A DNA stretch of 64,000 bases from the human T2T-CHM13v2.0 reference genome, Homo sapiens (GCF_009914755.1 NC_060946.1); one strand, 5' to 3'. Numbered from the stretch's first letter, positions 27,253-40,490 are shown. The notes: generated by a model from the sequence alone, not told the origin. Made by a program: numbers and translations.

Positions 27253-27759
27253 CCTCTACTCCAGTTCCAGAGGCTGATGTCGTCTCACAGAGGTGGGGTG
27301 GGGGGCCGTGAGGGAAATGAGCCCCTTAGGAGACCCAGAGCTTGGGTGGCCTTGTGGTGACGGGCTCTTTTGCTGAATGACAGGAGAGGCACCCACGCAC
27401 TGCGTGGCATGGCTGCGGGGTTGTTGTATTTCTGGAGTTAGACCTGCCTGGAGTTGGAGCTGCACAAGGGAGGCTCCGGCATGGATGCTCCTTACTGAGT
27501 CAGAGGCCTCCATGCTGTGCGGGGTCCTGCTGTGAACCCGATGAAAAGCATGTAGACTAATCAGGCAGAGCCCTGGTTCATGGCCAGGCTCTGCCACTTC
27601 CTAGCGCAGGACCTGGGTGTGTTACCTGCAGCCTCCTTACCTGCGCAGCGTGGCATGGACCCCACAGGGGGCTTTTGGATGGAGTGGGATCATGCGTGGA
27701 CGTGTGCGCCCCCACGCAGAAAGTCCTGCTGTGGAAACACACTAGTGCTTTGTCAGTTG

Positions 27760-27957
27760 GTGGGCAGGCGTCCTCACTGCGTGGCCGGCGGTCCTGAGTG
27801 GGCAGGCGTCCTCACTGCGTGGCCGGCGGTCCTGAGTGGGAGAGCGTCCTCACTGCGTGGCCGGCGGTCCTGAGTGGGCGGGCGTCCTCACTGCGTGGCC
27901 GGCGGTCCTGAGTGGGCAGGCGTCCTCACTGCGTAGCCGGCGGTCCTGAGTGGGCAG
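27760..27957. repeat. 38-bp CpG-rich minisatellite, about 5.2 copies
   Basis: gtgggcaggcgtcctcactgcgtggccggcggtcctga at 27760, 27798, 27836, 27874 and 27912. Confidence 0.97.
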
Positions 27958-28269
27958 CCTTCATCACCAGGACCATCTGGATTTTTAGCCCATCCATCCC
28001 ACTGTTTCTTTAATCTTCTGACCCTTTTTGTTTTCTGGATGTGGAAAGAGGGGCCAAGAATTTCTGCTCTTTGTTTCCCTAAAACAGCTTTTCGCATATT
28101 GCAGAGTAGCAATTATGTCTCCATGTGGTTTTCTCCTGACCAAGCTAAATATCCTCCATTTCAAAAACTTAGCTTTGTTTACCTACCCACCATTCATCCA
28201 CCCGTCTACCCATATCCATCTGTCCACTCGTCCATCTCTCCATCCACGTGGACTGGTGGAGTCTCAGGC

Positions 28270-28432
28270 TGGACGTGGTGACTGTGCAGTGCTATCCCCA
28301 CCTTGTAGCACCGGCCCTGCCCACTGGATGCCAGCAGCACCCCCCACCCTAATCATTCTGACCCCCAAATGCCCTGAAAGTTTCTCAAAACATTCACAAG
28401 GGGAGTACCACCACCCGTGGGATCTTCTGCTC
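28270..28432. mobile_element. MER20-family (hAT-Charlie) MITE fragment
   Basis: cccactggatgccagcagcaccccc...aatcattctgacccccaaatgccc resembles MER20/MER20B. Confidence 0.55.
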
Positions 28433-31400
28433 TAGGGGTATTTATCTGAGGAAGAGACAGGCCTTATTTAAACTGTTCTAAGTGGCTTAAACATTGTTTT
28501 TTTCTGTTGCAGAAATAACTGCTCATTGTGAAAATTGACATTCCCTTTTACTCTCTGCCCTTCTGCAGAAAATAGTGCAAATTTCCCACCCCACTCCCCC
28601 CACCTTGCAGGAGTGTTCAGACATTCCTGTGTGTGGCATCCCTGGATGATGCCCCTCTGTGTAGATTTCTGTAGATGCAGTGCTAGACTTTTCCATGTAA
28701 ATGGAGCTGTTGATAAAGGTGGGCTTATTTTACAAATTGGTTGTTTTCCTTAATACTATAGCAGGGCAGCATTTTCAAAGAAGGTTAGTTAAATCATCCC
28801 CCAAAGCCTTTCTGTGGTCTAAGAAGGCAAGCGAGATGGTTTTTAACTCAGTGTCTGTTTTTATGTGCCATGACTTCACATTTTGTTGTGGTCCACTTGG
28901 GCCTGCTGATCTTCTGCCCTGGGCTGTGGGAGCCTCTTCTGCCTCCTCCAGGTTCCCTTGGGGTTAGCCTGTGCACTCGCCATCCCACCACCTTGCGGGC
29001 TCTTTGGGGTCAGGACTGACACATTTCTCAACTTGGTGTCCCCAGAGTATAGGGGACGGGGCTGCCCCTTGTAGGGAGGTGTGGTGACTGATGTAGGGGA
29101 AGAAAGGGCCAAATGCAGTCCCAGAACACTGTGATACATGCTGGTGTTAATGTTTATAATTAAATGAGAAAAGTAAAAGATACAATCATATTTCAGATGG
29201 AAACGCGCTGGTTTAAGTTTCATTATTTTTAATTATGTGTTTGCAAAAATGTCACTGTAGAAAGTCCCCACAGTGGCCCATCTCTGTCATGGCTCCCAGG
29301 CTGTCAAGGTCCTTCCTGGCTGGGAGGAAGCTGAGGTTGTATACATCTCCCCTCGCCCTCCCCACAGCCCAGGGATGCCTGTGAATTACCCACCTCCTGG
29401 AATCCAGCTGCTTTGAGGCAGCTTGGGCATGTCTTCATGACCCAGGAAGAAATCTCTAAGCCCAGATCTCCCAAGGCCCCGGGGCCTGAGAGCCGCCCCC
29501 TGCCTGACCCCCACCCCCAGGGCCACAGCCATGGCTGTCATTTCATTAGGCCCCACCCTCCGTTGATTGGCATCTGGTTCTGCTTCCTGTCTCTGCTTTC
29601 ACCTGTGTATTGATCATTTTTTCCTTTCAATCGCGTTTCTTCCTTTGAACCCTGGGATTGCTTGGAATTACCATGTCTGTGTTTTCCTTTCTCACTTGTG
29701 ATCTTACCTGAAAAATCTTTTTTTCGATTGGTGTCAGTGCTGTCATCTCTGCTGTCCTATGGAGTGACACATGTTTTGGGAGATAAACCTGTCCTCCTTG
29801 TTGTGGCTTGCCCGGCTGTGAGCATCCCAATGCTGGTCAATGCAGGCCCCAGCCATGGGGCTTCCCAGGTCGTGCCTCGTTCCAGTTTGCTCCCTTCTCG
29901 TTCTCCCTCCTTGCCTCATGGGTGGCAGCATGCCTGGCGGACAGTGTGTACCGTTGAGTGGGAAGGTCTTGGGTTAAAATCTGTCATGGGTGTTGGCCAT
30001 CTCCGAGTCTTGATTCAGAGACCATTCTCACCCCACAGTGGACTCTGGTTTTGTATATCAGCATCTAACAGATAGAAGCCAGGGAAAACCTGCTGATCTT
30101 GCCTGCAGTTCCGCCTGGGCCATACACCCAGGGACAGGGCTCCTCTGGGTGGCCTTGGACCTTCCCAGGCTATCTCCCCAGGGGCCAGACACACCAGCCC
30201 GTGGGTATTTTCTGCAGCTTGTCCTGGCCCTCACCCCGCTGTCACAGCCTGGAGTCCAGAGTGCCCTGTGCCACTCTGTGTGCCTTTGCCAAAGTGGGGG
30301 ATGCTTTCTCTGGCGGGGGATATTTATCTCATTCTAACAATAAGGGTAATTCCAATTCTCCTGGCGTTTAGAAGACAAATCACCACGGGGGCTCTCTGAG
30401 TTAAATGCCATTACTTCATTACCTTGAAGAGTAACAAATGGCCCATTGTGAGAAATGACACCTAGAATAGGCCACTGACATTTCCTCAGATAAAATAACA
30501 AGCCAGCTAAACAGACCAAGAGAGCGAGGCTCCTGCCTGGCTCACGCGGCGCCTGGCTCTGCGAGTCGGAGCTGCCACAGCCCAGCTGCATCTGTGCACT
30601 CAGGCAGAGGCTGTCAAGGTCTGGGAGGCCTTAGTTCCCTGTTTACTCTTATTATCTCTGAGGAAATGTCTCCATGCTTGGAAGGCCCTTGAAAGAGGAT
30701 ACGTCGATGGGAAACTTCTCAGAGGAAGCCTGCTGATGATTGCTGCTGATTCAGTTCCCTGAGAAGAGGAAATAAAATCAGACCCACTCTAGGCCAGCAG
30801 AACGTTGAGTTGATTCTGCCCAAACTGTTTTCCCAGGGAGGAAGTGATGCCAGGGGGAGGCCACTTACCCTCCTGTCTATTTGCTTGGCTTTTGCTGCCG
30901 GTCCTTCCAGTAGGAAAGGCGTTACGAGGGGGCTGGACTTGGAGTCGAGGCAGGCCTGTCCTGCTCACTCCCACCATTGCCTCACAAAGCACACTGATCA
31001 GCGCGTGGAGGCTTAGTTTCTGCATCTGTGAACCGGCAGAAATAACACCTCCCACCTTGGGCTGCCGTGGGAAATTGGGAGACAGGGCCTTTCCCTGGGA
31101 GTCCCTGTGGGGGCTTCATCAGAGGGTGTGCTCAGGTCAACCCGGGCTCCTGCGCCAGCAGAGTTTTGAGACCAGACACCTTGCCACTTGCTGGAGGGAG
31201 AGCCTGCAGCCCGGCAGGGAGCCGGTGGGTGGACAGAACCACCAGGAGAGTGCTGGTGTCATGGGCACACCCGGCTGGGAGGAGGGTCAGGGGACAGAGC
31301 CATGGCCAGCCAGCAGCACTTGTCATCCTAGCCCCGCATTCGAGGAATGGGGAACTGGGACCTGCCTTTTAGGGTGAAAACATGGGCCAAGAGAGTGAGG

Positions 31401-31719
31401 GCCTGGTTGCACCCGGTATGCTGTGGACAATGGTGTCCTTCACAAGCCCGGGTCCCAGGAGGAACCCATCCATTTCCCCATGCCACTGGGTGACTCCGAC
31501 ACCTAACATTGATGTTTCCAATCTTTAAAGTCGCTTGTTTTCCCCTTTAATTCATGAGCATCTTGAGGGCGTCAGGTCTCTCACTCATGTCTGTGCCTGG
31601 TGCCTGGTGTATAGGGACAGATCCTGCCCACGGGACCGGCTCTCTGTGTCCACATTACCCCTTGGTGGAGACAGCCCAGGGTCTACCAGCCGAGGCATGC
31701 AGAGACGCGGCGTGGCCTG

Positions 31720-32070
31720 GCCGTAGGGGTGCGGCTCAGTCGTGAAGAGGAGTGAGGCATTGACACGGGCTGCCGCATGGATGACTCTGGAGAACATTGT
31801 GCTCAGTGAGAAGGAGCCAGTCACAGAGGGCCGCAGAGCCTGATTCCAGCAGTGTGAAATGTCCAGAATAGGCAACTCCATAGAGACAGAGGCAGGTTCG
31901 TGGTTGCCAGGCGTGGGGTGGGGAGTGGGGAGCGGCTGCTGAAGGGTCCAGGGTTTCTTTCCGTGGTGATGCAAAGGCTCTGGAACTAGCGGTGACGCTT
32001 GTGACCCTACTCAAGACCACTCTGTCGCACACGCTAAAGAGTGGATTTTATGGCTGATGAATTATCTCTC
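31720..32070 (+). mobile_element. L1MB-type 3' end, GC-shifted
   Basis: gcatggatgactctggagaacattgtgctcagtgag...gaaatgtccagaataggcaactccatagagacaga...gtggttgccagg. Confidence 0.85.
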
Positions 32071-33572
32071 CGTTTACAAAACCCAGAACCAAATCAAAGC
32101 AATACCCATGGAGTGACTGAGGGTCCACCCCCAGCACCCCAGAGAGAGGAGTGATGTGCGAACTGGCTGGAATCCGCCCACCCTCCCACGTTCCCGCAGG
32201 TCCCGCCATGTTGGATGTGTCCAGGGCTGTTGCCTCCCTGTCCAGGCCCTCGAGCGCCCAGCTGCTCACTCCTGCTGGAGGGTCAGACACGGAGGCGCTC
32301 TTGCCCTTTTATCCTGCTGGTTCTGGGGTGAACCAAGAACCGTGGGAGGTGGCGTGTCACCTCGTCTCTTCCAGTCACACACTTCAGTGTGAGTTAGCAA
32401 TTGTGCAGGGCTGCGACTGGGGAAGCAGCGCGATGGGATAGGACTGTACACGACACGAATGTGAGGTGGGCCTCTGGGTCCTCAGGGAGCACTTAGGGAC
32501 CTGGGTTCTGGGACCAGTAGGTGGGGCTGCATCTGGCACCCCCCTCCCCATGTGTACCAGGCTGCTCGGCATAGCCACGGCCCTGCCCCTCTTTACCCCG
32601 CTGTTGTCCGGGGCTCAAGGGTGGTGACAGCAGAGTGGTGACAGCTGAAATGAGCACGCACATTCACAGTGCGCAGGAGAGGGCCTGGCGCGTCAGCAGA
32701 CCCCGGTCAACACCAGCGGCAGCATCATCCGTATCAGGATTGTGATGTTTATCTGCTTCAACCTTTCTACATATATTCTGGGTTGAAATGTTTCTTTTCT
32801 TAAAGAACGTTTTCCTTGCGAAGATGCCATGCAAATAAAACTAAAGTAAAAAAAAATTAAAAATAGGGAAGATAATTTTTAAAACATTTATGAGTATTTT
32901 GCTGGATGACAACAGTTTTGTAAGGATCTAAAATTAGTTTGTTCAAATATCTGATAAGCCATTTCAATTAGGCATCTGTTTTGCATTTTAAAAACTTTTA
33001 GATTGTGTTTTCTCATTCGGTTTTTTGTACTTTAAGAAGGAAATTACTTAGAGCGCCATTGTCTGTTCTATCTTTGACGCACATCTGTGGTACGGCTTTC
33101 TGGGGTTTTGATCATAGCATGGAAGTATTTACCCAGTGCAGTTTTGGAAACTCTAACTTTGGAAAGAGGTTTTTAGAGGAATTATTGCCAAATGAATATG
33201 TAAATATATCAGAAGCAGAGTTTTCAAAATCTTAGGAAAAAACTTTCAGATCTGTTAGGATTAAGTAATATATTCTATTTTCTCTCTTATTAGAATGTGA
33301 AATGCCTGAGAAGCAATAGTTTATAATGTATTAATTATGTTAATTAATTGGAGAAGATTCAGAATATTAATTATCTGCAACTAATTAGGTGTTAAGATTG
33401 AGAAGCATTAAGTGATGAGGTGGAAGGCTGCATGAGTCATTTAGCTGGACTGATGAGAGTGGGTGGAGGGAGCTGGATGCAGGCTCAGCTCTGTTCCTCC
33501 GTGGGCCCCCTCGTGGGTCGAGGTCCCGTGTGGCTAAGTCTCCTTGTCTTTTGCATGCTCGGCGCCGCCCAG

Positions 33573-33682
33573 AGGCAGAGGAGGTGGACACGGTGGACGT
33601 CTCCGGCGTGCCCGCAGAGGTGCTGTGCAACATCGAGGCCGACACCTACTGGTGCATGAGCAAGCTGCTGGATGGCATTCAG
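33573..33682 (+). CDS. TBC1D22A: TBC1D22A internal coding exon (TBC/Rab-GAP domain; probably exon 9), 110 nt, phase 1 to phase 0
   Basis: Acceptor ...ggcgccgcccAG|AG GCA GAG and donor ATT CAG|gtgagc. It translates to AEEVDTVDVSGVPAEVLCNIEADTYWCMSKLLDGIQ (inside ORF 33530..33745), which includes the EADxYWC TBC-domain motif and matches the recalled TBC1D22A protein. Confidence 0.96.
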
Positions 33683-36600
33683 GTGAGCGCCCGCGCCCAC
33701 GGGACACAGCCCACGCCCACAGCCCCTGCGGTGAAGAGAGCCTGAGGCCTTAGGCTGCTCCTGAGTCTCAGTGTGGCCATGCAGTCCCTCCTGAAGCCTC
33801 ACTTTTCTACATCTGGAATAGCACAGACCCCTCCGGGTTGACGAGGGGTGAGACACAGTGTATGTGCCCCTCGTTCTGGGCACGGTCACGTGTCCTGCTG
33901 AGGGCCCAGTGGGAAGGCGAGGTGCAGAGTCTGATCCCCTGCTGCCTGCAGACTGTAGCCACCACCACCAAATAGGGCACAGGCTCACGGTAGCTATGTG
34001 TGTGTGGCTAGCTGTGCTAAGAGGGATCCTCCTTAAAGGGCCTCAGATCGGGGGCCACAGCTCCTGGCCTCTGACACCAGGCTGTGAGCCCTCGCCTGCA
34101 GTATTGGTGGCCAGGGCTCCAGGTGCGTGGGGCGCTGCAGCTGTGCCTGCTCCCAGAGAGCAACACGAGCTGGTGGGAGTCCCCTGCACCACAGTGGGGA
34201 CCCTGCGGGTCTCTGCATCAGCTAGGGTTAGTGGCTGAGATTTCTGTAGAAAAGCCACAGGTCTCCCAGTGACGGCCAATCCTATGGCATGGTGTAGGGG
34301 CAGATTCCCACACAGTACCTGGGAAGGACCTTGTTGGTAGGTGAGTCAGGAATGAGGACTGGAGCCAGCTGATACTACAGAGGAACAGCTGAGGGGGATG
34401 GATGGGCCCTGGAGTGGGTGTGGGCGTCTTAGTTTATTTGAGGCCAGTACATCCTTTCTAGACACTCGCTTCCTGTGAGGTGCTGTGCTCCACACCCGGG
34501 CATAGTGGCGAGTAAGGGTGAGGCCTGCTCCGGAAGCTCACTCGGGGTGGAGGGTAGACGGGTGAGTATGGCATGAGGGGACAGAAGGCACTCGACCCCA
34601 AAGACCCAAAGGTGGGAAGAAGTAGATTACAGGGGACAGTGAATTTTGCTGACAGAGCAGGACTTGTCAGATAGAGGAGGGTCAAAGCCCAGAGCGCGGT
34701 TTGGGTCGGTAATCGTTTTCTGAGGGACCAAACACCAAGATCATCACGGGTGTTCGCATGTAGATGGCTCTCTGCTGAGAGCTGGGGCCTCCCGGGAGGG
34801 TCTGCATGTTCTGCCAGCATCCCTGTTATCCCAGCTCAAAGGGGGGCCCTCATCTGAGAGACACAGAGATGGGGTTGTCACTTGACATCTGCATTGCCTA
34901 GCAGGGCTTGGCTTTTCCTGAGCCATTGCGGTAAAGGTTGTTCCTGATACCACTAAGTGAAGAGGTCTCAGCTCATCTACTTGATTCAGAATCATCAGAA
35001 TATGGCTTTTATAGCCTGTGGTCTAAGGTTTAGACTCCAAGTTTAATTTGAATATATTAGCTAAAAGGTTCCGTTGAGGAAAGACGTGTGGTTTTTGCTG
35101 TTACTTTTCATGATGTAGGAATGAAAAAGGAGAAAGTAGAAGCCTGTTGTGCGGTTGGAGAATGGAAACCTCGTATCTATTGGCTGGTCCAGACTCCTCG
35201 TGACTTACTTTGTTCCTTGCAAAGAAAAATGTGCCCACTAGAGATATATTTTGGCCCAAGCACCAATTTGTCATTTCCCCTCCTTTACTAATATTTTCAT
35301 ACATTTTATTCTTTCTGCTAGATCTTTCGGCTTTTTGCCCCCTTAGAAAAAGGATTGAATCATAATGTAAAACTTTATAAATTTCAAATGTCGCTTCTCT
35401 GATGGTGAGTGATGGGACTTGTGCCATTTAAATACAAGATTATCTGCCCTCTATTTGTAAATAAAATCTGCTGTACAATGAAATCGATGCTGGCTTTTTC
35501 ATTTTTCACCTGAGATTTGTGGTCTGATGCAATGGTTTATTGGCAGGGCCGATGAGTGTGAGGGATCATGCTTTCCTGGCGCGTGTGTTTATAGCACATC
35601 ACCGTCCCGTGGCAGCCGTTGATCTTCTCTCACGTGCCACGATGGATTCCACATGATCCTCCCAGGAGCAAGAGTTGAGGGATGTCAGTTCCCACCATCC
35701 AGGGGACTTGGCAGCTCAGCTGTGATTCCTGTAGATAAGGCCGTCCGAGCAGAGCTCCTCTAGCGACTAGTGTTTACAAGCACTGCCGCTGTTTTAAGTT
35801 CAGAGAAGTATGAGGCTATGTACTCACTTAAAACCACGGCAACACGCAGACCGGCGTGTCAGCTCCCGGACGACCTGGCCGCTTCTGCCTCTTAGCTCCT
35901 TTTCCTACTCTTGGTCTTACTGTCTCCATTTCATTCTTTTGGAACTGCTCGAACCATCTTCCTTAAGCACCCTCTTCACCACATCATCGCCCTGATTGAA
36001 ACCCTTGGGGAAGCTCTCTCTTGGTTTTCTGAAGTGCAGGCTCTCAGCCCGGCCTCCACCAGTTGTTCCCAGCGTTCTTTCAAGGGCGTGTTTGTTCATC
36101 GGCTCTGTGGCAGCCGTCCACGCCGTTGCTGCAGAGGCTTTATTGGAGCCGCTGAGCCAGAACTGTGTGCTGGGGGCTCTTCCTCACCAGGAAGAGGGTC
36201 TTCAAGGGCCTCCTAGCCCCACAGTTTCTGTGATTGGTAGGCAGTCCCCATGGGAATGAATGTGAGGAACTAACATTGTCTTCGCCGTGACGGTGCTTCT
36301 TGGCGTGGGCATTCCCGGGACAGGTTGGAGCTCGGTTACACCCAGCACACAAGGCTGAGACTAAGAGAGATGAAGCCCATTGCCCAGGTGACGTGGCTTG
36401 TATTAAAACCCACGTTGACGGCTCTGGGATCTTTCCTAGCTGAAATACATAGAAGTGAGTCCCATTTGCAGGGAAGTTCTAGAGGGCAGAAACCACATCT
36501 ATTTTTTTTACCTTTGGATGTCCTGGATGGTCATAACTATGTTTTTGGCTCACTTTGGAGCCTCAATTTGAGATTCCGTATTCTACTTGTTTTCAGTAAT

Positions 36601-36869
36601 TAGTTAACTTTGTCATTTTGGCCGAGATGTATGAAGCACCTGCCTTCTCTCTGCAGGTGCTCAGAGAGGCGGAAGACTTTGGGGTGAGTCAGCATCACCC
36701 CTCTGTCCCCAAGAAGCTCAGAGCCTGGTGGGATGGAGCAGGGGGAGTGGACAGCTGATGGAGGCGAGGACAGAATGCTGGGAGAGGAGGCTCTTAGCCC
36801 CCAGTAAGATGGCAAACTAGGAAAAAGAACAAACCACTTTTCTCCCGACAAATCCCTGGAAACGTTAGG

Positions 36870-37254
36870 TGATTGGTCTGTTCTCGCACTGCTTAAAGAA
36901 GTGCCTGAGACTGGGTAATTTATAGAGAAAGAGGTTTAATTAGCTCACAGTTCCACAAGCTGTACAGGAATCATAGCTGAGGAGGCTTCAGGAAACTTTC
37001 AATTATGGCAGAAAGTGAAGTGGAAGCTGGTGTGTCGTACAGGGCTGGAGGTGGAGGGAGGGGTTGGGGGAGGTGCCACACACTTTTAAACAACCAGATC
37101 TCATGACCCAGCGACGCAGCGCTAGCAGGGATGGTGCTAACCCATTAGAAACCGCCCCCAGGATCCGGTCACCTCCAGCCAGGCCACGCCTCCAGCACAG
37201 GGGATTACAATTCAACATGAGATTTGGGTGGGGACACAGATCCAAACCGTATTA
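36870..37254 (-). mobile_element. MSTA-type solo LTR
   Basis: cctgagactgggtaatttata...aggaaactttcaattatggcagaa...gagatttgggtggggacacagatccaaacc. Confidence 0.9.
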
Positions 37255-37489
37255 GCGGTATTGACCAAAGATTGTTTAACACGCATTGTGGGACTCCTTA
37301 ACAGCAAAGAGAGGTCCTCCAGGAGCGAACAGCGCTGACTCCACTGGCTGGAGGGAATTGTCAGGCCAGCTCATGGCTAGGAGTGCAGGCTCTCCTGCCC
37401 TGGCGAGGTGTGATCACAGAAGCCAGTCCTGCTCAGGGAGATCAGGTGCTGCCCAGAGCAGGGACACGGGCTCTGCCATTGACATGCCC

Positions 37490-39192
37490 AGGCCTGTGTG
37501 CCTTGGGACTCTGCACTACAAACATTATTGAAGAGCTTGAAGAGCTTTTGTTTGTGTGGGTTAATTCTCTTGATAACTGCCATGTTGGAAATTCAAATAG
37601 AGAAAATTAAAAATATTTAGTAATTTATTTAACAACAACAATGAAAATCCCATTACATATTATTATAAGTAACATTTTTATGATAGATTACTATTTTTCG
37701 AAACAAAAATGTTTAGTGAGAAGAAAGGCATTGTTTTACATTTTTGTAAATCTCCTTAATGTCTAACTTAATAGAAGAATTCTTGTATCTACTTCTACAT
37801 TCAATTTGTTGTGGTATTTTTTGTTTTAGCTGAAGAATGTGAAGAAAATCCAGCATTACATAGATACATAGTTGGAAAAGGAAGCGTGTTTTTTGTTTGT
37901 TTGTTTGTTTGTTTTTTGGAGATGAAGTCTCCTCCAGGCTGGAGGGCAGTGGTGCGATCTCAGTTCACTGCAACCTCCGCCTCCCAGGTTCAAGCGATTC
38001 TCCGCCTCAGCCTCCCGAGTAGCTGGAATTACAGGCACACGCCACCATGCCCGGGTAATTTTTGTATTTTTGTTAGAGACAGGGTTTCACTGTGTTGGCC
38101 AGGCTGGTCTCAAACTCCTGACCTCAAGTGATCTGCCCGCCTCAGCCTCCCAAAGTGCTGCGATTACAGGTATGAGCCACCGCGCCCGGCCAGGAAGTGT
38201 TTTAATAGCCTTTTCAGGTAATTTTGGATTCTTTTTTCATTCATACTATACTATTACTCAACAAATGGTAGTTTCTTAAAGGGTAGTTGTGATATGAAAT
38301 CTGAAACCTCATCAGTGAATGTTTTACACTCAGTTACATTAAAGTTGGTGGCCTATCTTGCACTTTGATAGGATCTTTTACCCATATATTGGCTCTGTAA
38401 CATCATTCATTGGCGATTTGGAAAATATTGGCTGACTGAGGTGTGCAGATCTTTTAAATGTTGATAAGTTTCATCGTATGATCAAATTTGTTAGTATATT
38501 ACCACCGTCTCATAAGAAGCAGCTGTCAGGCCCAGGGTGGCAGATAAAAGTCTTCCAAAATTCAGATTTTTAATTTAAAAGCTCAGATATTATCATTGGC
38601 AACAAACACAGTTCCTTGTTTCTTTTGAAGTGACAGGCCAACTTCATTCATTTTTGAGAAAATATCTTCCAGAGACCCGCGTTTGAATAACTGATTTGTC
38701 TGCTAGTCCTTCTTTCATGTAAACGTGATGTTTCTTGAAGAAAGTGTTCGGTTCAGCTCACAGCTGAAGCCAGCGCACCAAGTGCTCTCCTTGACGACGC
38801 TTCTGTTTCTGGATTTGCCCCTCAGGCTTTCCGTGTTCTTCCACGTGTTGGTCAGGGCTGAGCCTGAGCGCAGTGTTAATAGTAAGATGAGTGACCTTTC
38901 CTGCCGTATCCAGGGCGTCCTGAAGTGAAACAGCCTTTTGCTTTCACACCATGAGCGTGTGGTATTGGGAACACAGTGACGGTTGAGTGTGGTGAGGGCA
39001 CTGCCCTGCCTGCTGCCAGCATGCCCGCAATTTTACCCACCACTGCCTGTGTACTGCCAGCACAAATGTCAGCACCGTGAGGAAGGTGAATCATGCCTTC
39101 ATGTTACTATGACAGCAGTTTCAATATAACAGACCCCTTGAAAGGTCTAGGGACCCCCAGGAGTTGGCTGGCTACCGTCTGAGAACTTCTGC
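37490..39192 (-). mobile_element. Charlie1a-type hAT DNA transposon relic, interrupted by an Alu
   Basis: gagcttttgtttgtgtgggtt...ggcattgttttacatttttg...gaccccttgaaaggtctagggacccccagg...tgagaacttctg terminus. Confidence 0.8.
37889..38191 (-). mobile_element. AluS with (TTTG)n tail, inserted in Charlie1a
   Basis: Antisense Alu with degenerate TSD aggaag(c)gtgtttt. Confidence 0.95.
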
Positions 39193-39369
39193 CCAGGAGG
39201 GATGATCTCCTGCCACAGGCCTGTGGCATTCCCATGGGAAGAGGCATCTGCAGATGACCTCACAGCAGACGAAGTACAAACCAAGCAGAGAAGGAGTGCG
39301 CCGGGAATAAATGTTAGCGATTGCTCTCGTTAGGAGGATTTGTACCCAGAGACCTGAGACACTAGAACA

Positions 39370-40490
39370 GCGATTTGAAAGGAACCAGACAATGTGTAAC
39401 TTTAAAATATTAAGGAGAATGAAACAGTTTAAAATAAAGACTCTGAAGAAAGAACTCACAGATTTATTTATATTTATTTATTTGAGATGGAGTCTCGCTC
39501 TGTTGCACAGGTCGGAGTACAGTGGTGTGATACTGGCTCACTGCAACCTCCATCTCCCGGGTTCAAGTGATTCTCCTGTCTCAGCCTCCTGAGTGGCTAG
39601 GACTACAGGTGCCCACCACCACACCCAGCTAATTTTTGTATTTTTAGTAGAGACGGGGTTTCACCATGTTGGCCAGGATGGTCTCGATCTCTTGACCTTG
39701 TGATCCCCCTGCCTTGGCCTCCCAAAGTGCTGGGATTACCCAGGTGTGAGCCACTGTGCCCGGCTAGAAATCACAGATTTTAAATGGAACCAAACAGAAC
39801 TTCTAGCATCGAAATTAGAGTCACTGAAATTTAAAACTCATTAGACAAAAGAGAAGAGAGAGTTAGTTAGAATTGAATGTAGTGCTGAGAAAATTACCAA
39901 CTGGGCAACACAGAGAGATACTGAAAATATGGCAGATTAAGACATGAAAGATAGAATTTAAAAAATAGAACTAGAAAGAGAAAATGTACTAGAGGAAAGC
40001 CAATATTTGTAAAGCTGTGGCTGGGAATTTTTCAGCATTGATGAGATGTTGTTACTAATATCTAATAAATCTCCAGAAAGATGAGTTGAAACTAATTACC
40101 TATGGAGACATGAGAGTGAAGCCACTGAATAAGAAAGAGAAGAGAAAGTCTCATAGGAAAGAAGAAAGGCCAGAAAAAAGTAGAATAATGTGTCTCATGT
40201 TCTGAAGAAAAATAGCTCTCCAATGAGATTAGATTTAAAAACAGAATCCAGCTATATGCTACTTACAAGACACCGAAACCACAAGGAGACAGGTAGAAAG
40301 GAAATGCAACAGAAGAATATTAACCAAAGTAATAGTTAGGTAGCTCTGTAGCCCATATGTAGCTGTGTAATAGCCGTGGAGCTATTAAATGAGATAGATT
40401 TTTAAGGCAGAAAGCATTCCTAGAGACAAAGAGTATCACTGCCAGTGGATACATTTACCAGGGAAGAGTTAATCTTGAATGCATGACCTT
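39370..40490 (+). mobile_element. Old L1M ORF1/5' ORF2 relic, interrupted by an Alu; resumes at about 41087-41230
   Basis: A-rich aaccaaacagaacttctag...gaaatttaaaactcattagac and atccagctatatgctacttacaagacac (endonuclease start) motifs. Confidence 0.7.
39463..39765 (-). mobile_element. AluS (Sc-like) with TSD agaaMtcacagattt
   Basis: Full-length antisense Alu with (TTTA)n tail and TSD. Confidence 0.95.

Noticed and set aside
27051-27957. 34-bp and 38-bp arrays as CRISPR or iteron elements
   Set aside because: They are head-to-tail repeats without unique spacers, i.e. ordinary minisatellites.
33530-33745. ORF 33530..33745 (and likewise 56950..57279) as a stand-alone gene
   Set aside because: Only the splice-site-bounded portions are coding. 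The extensions are intron read-through.
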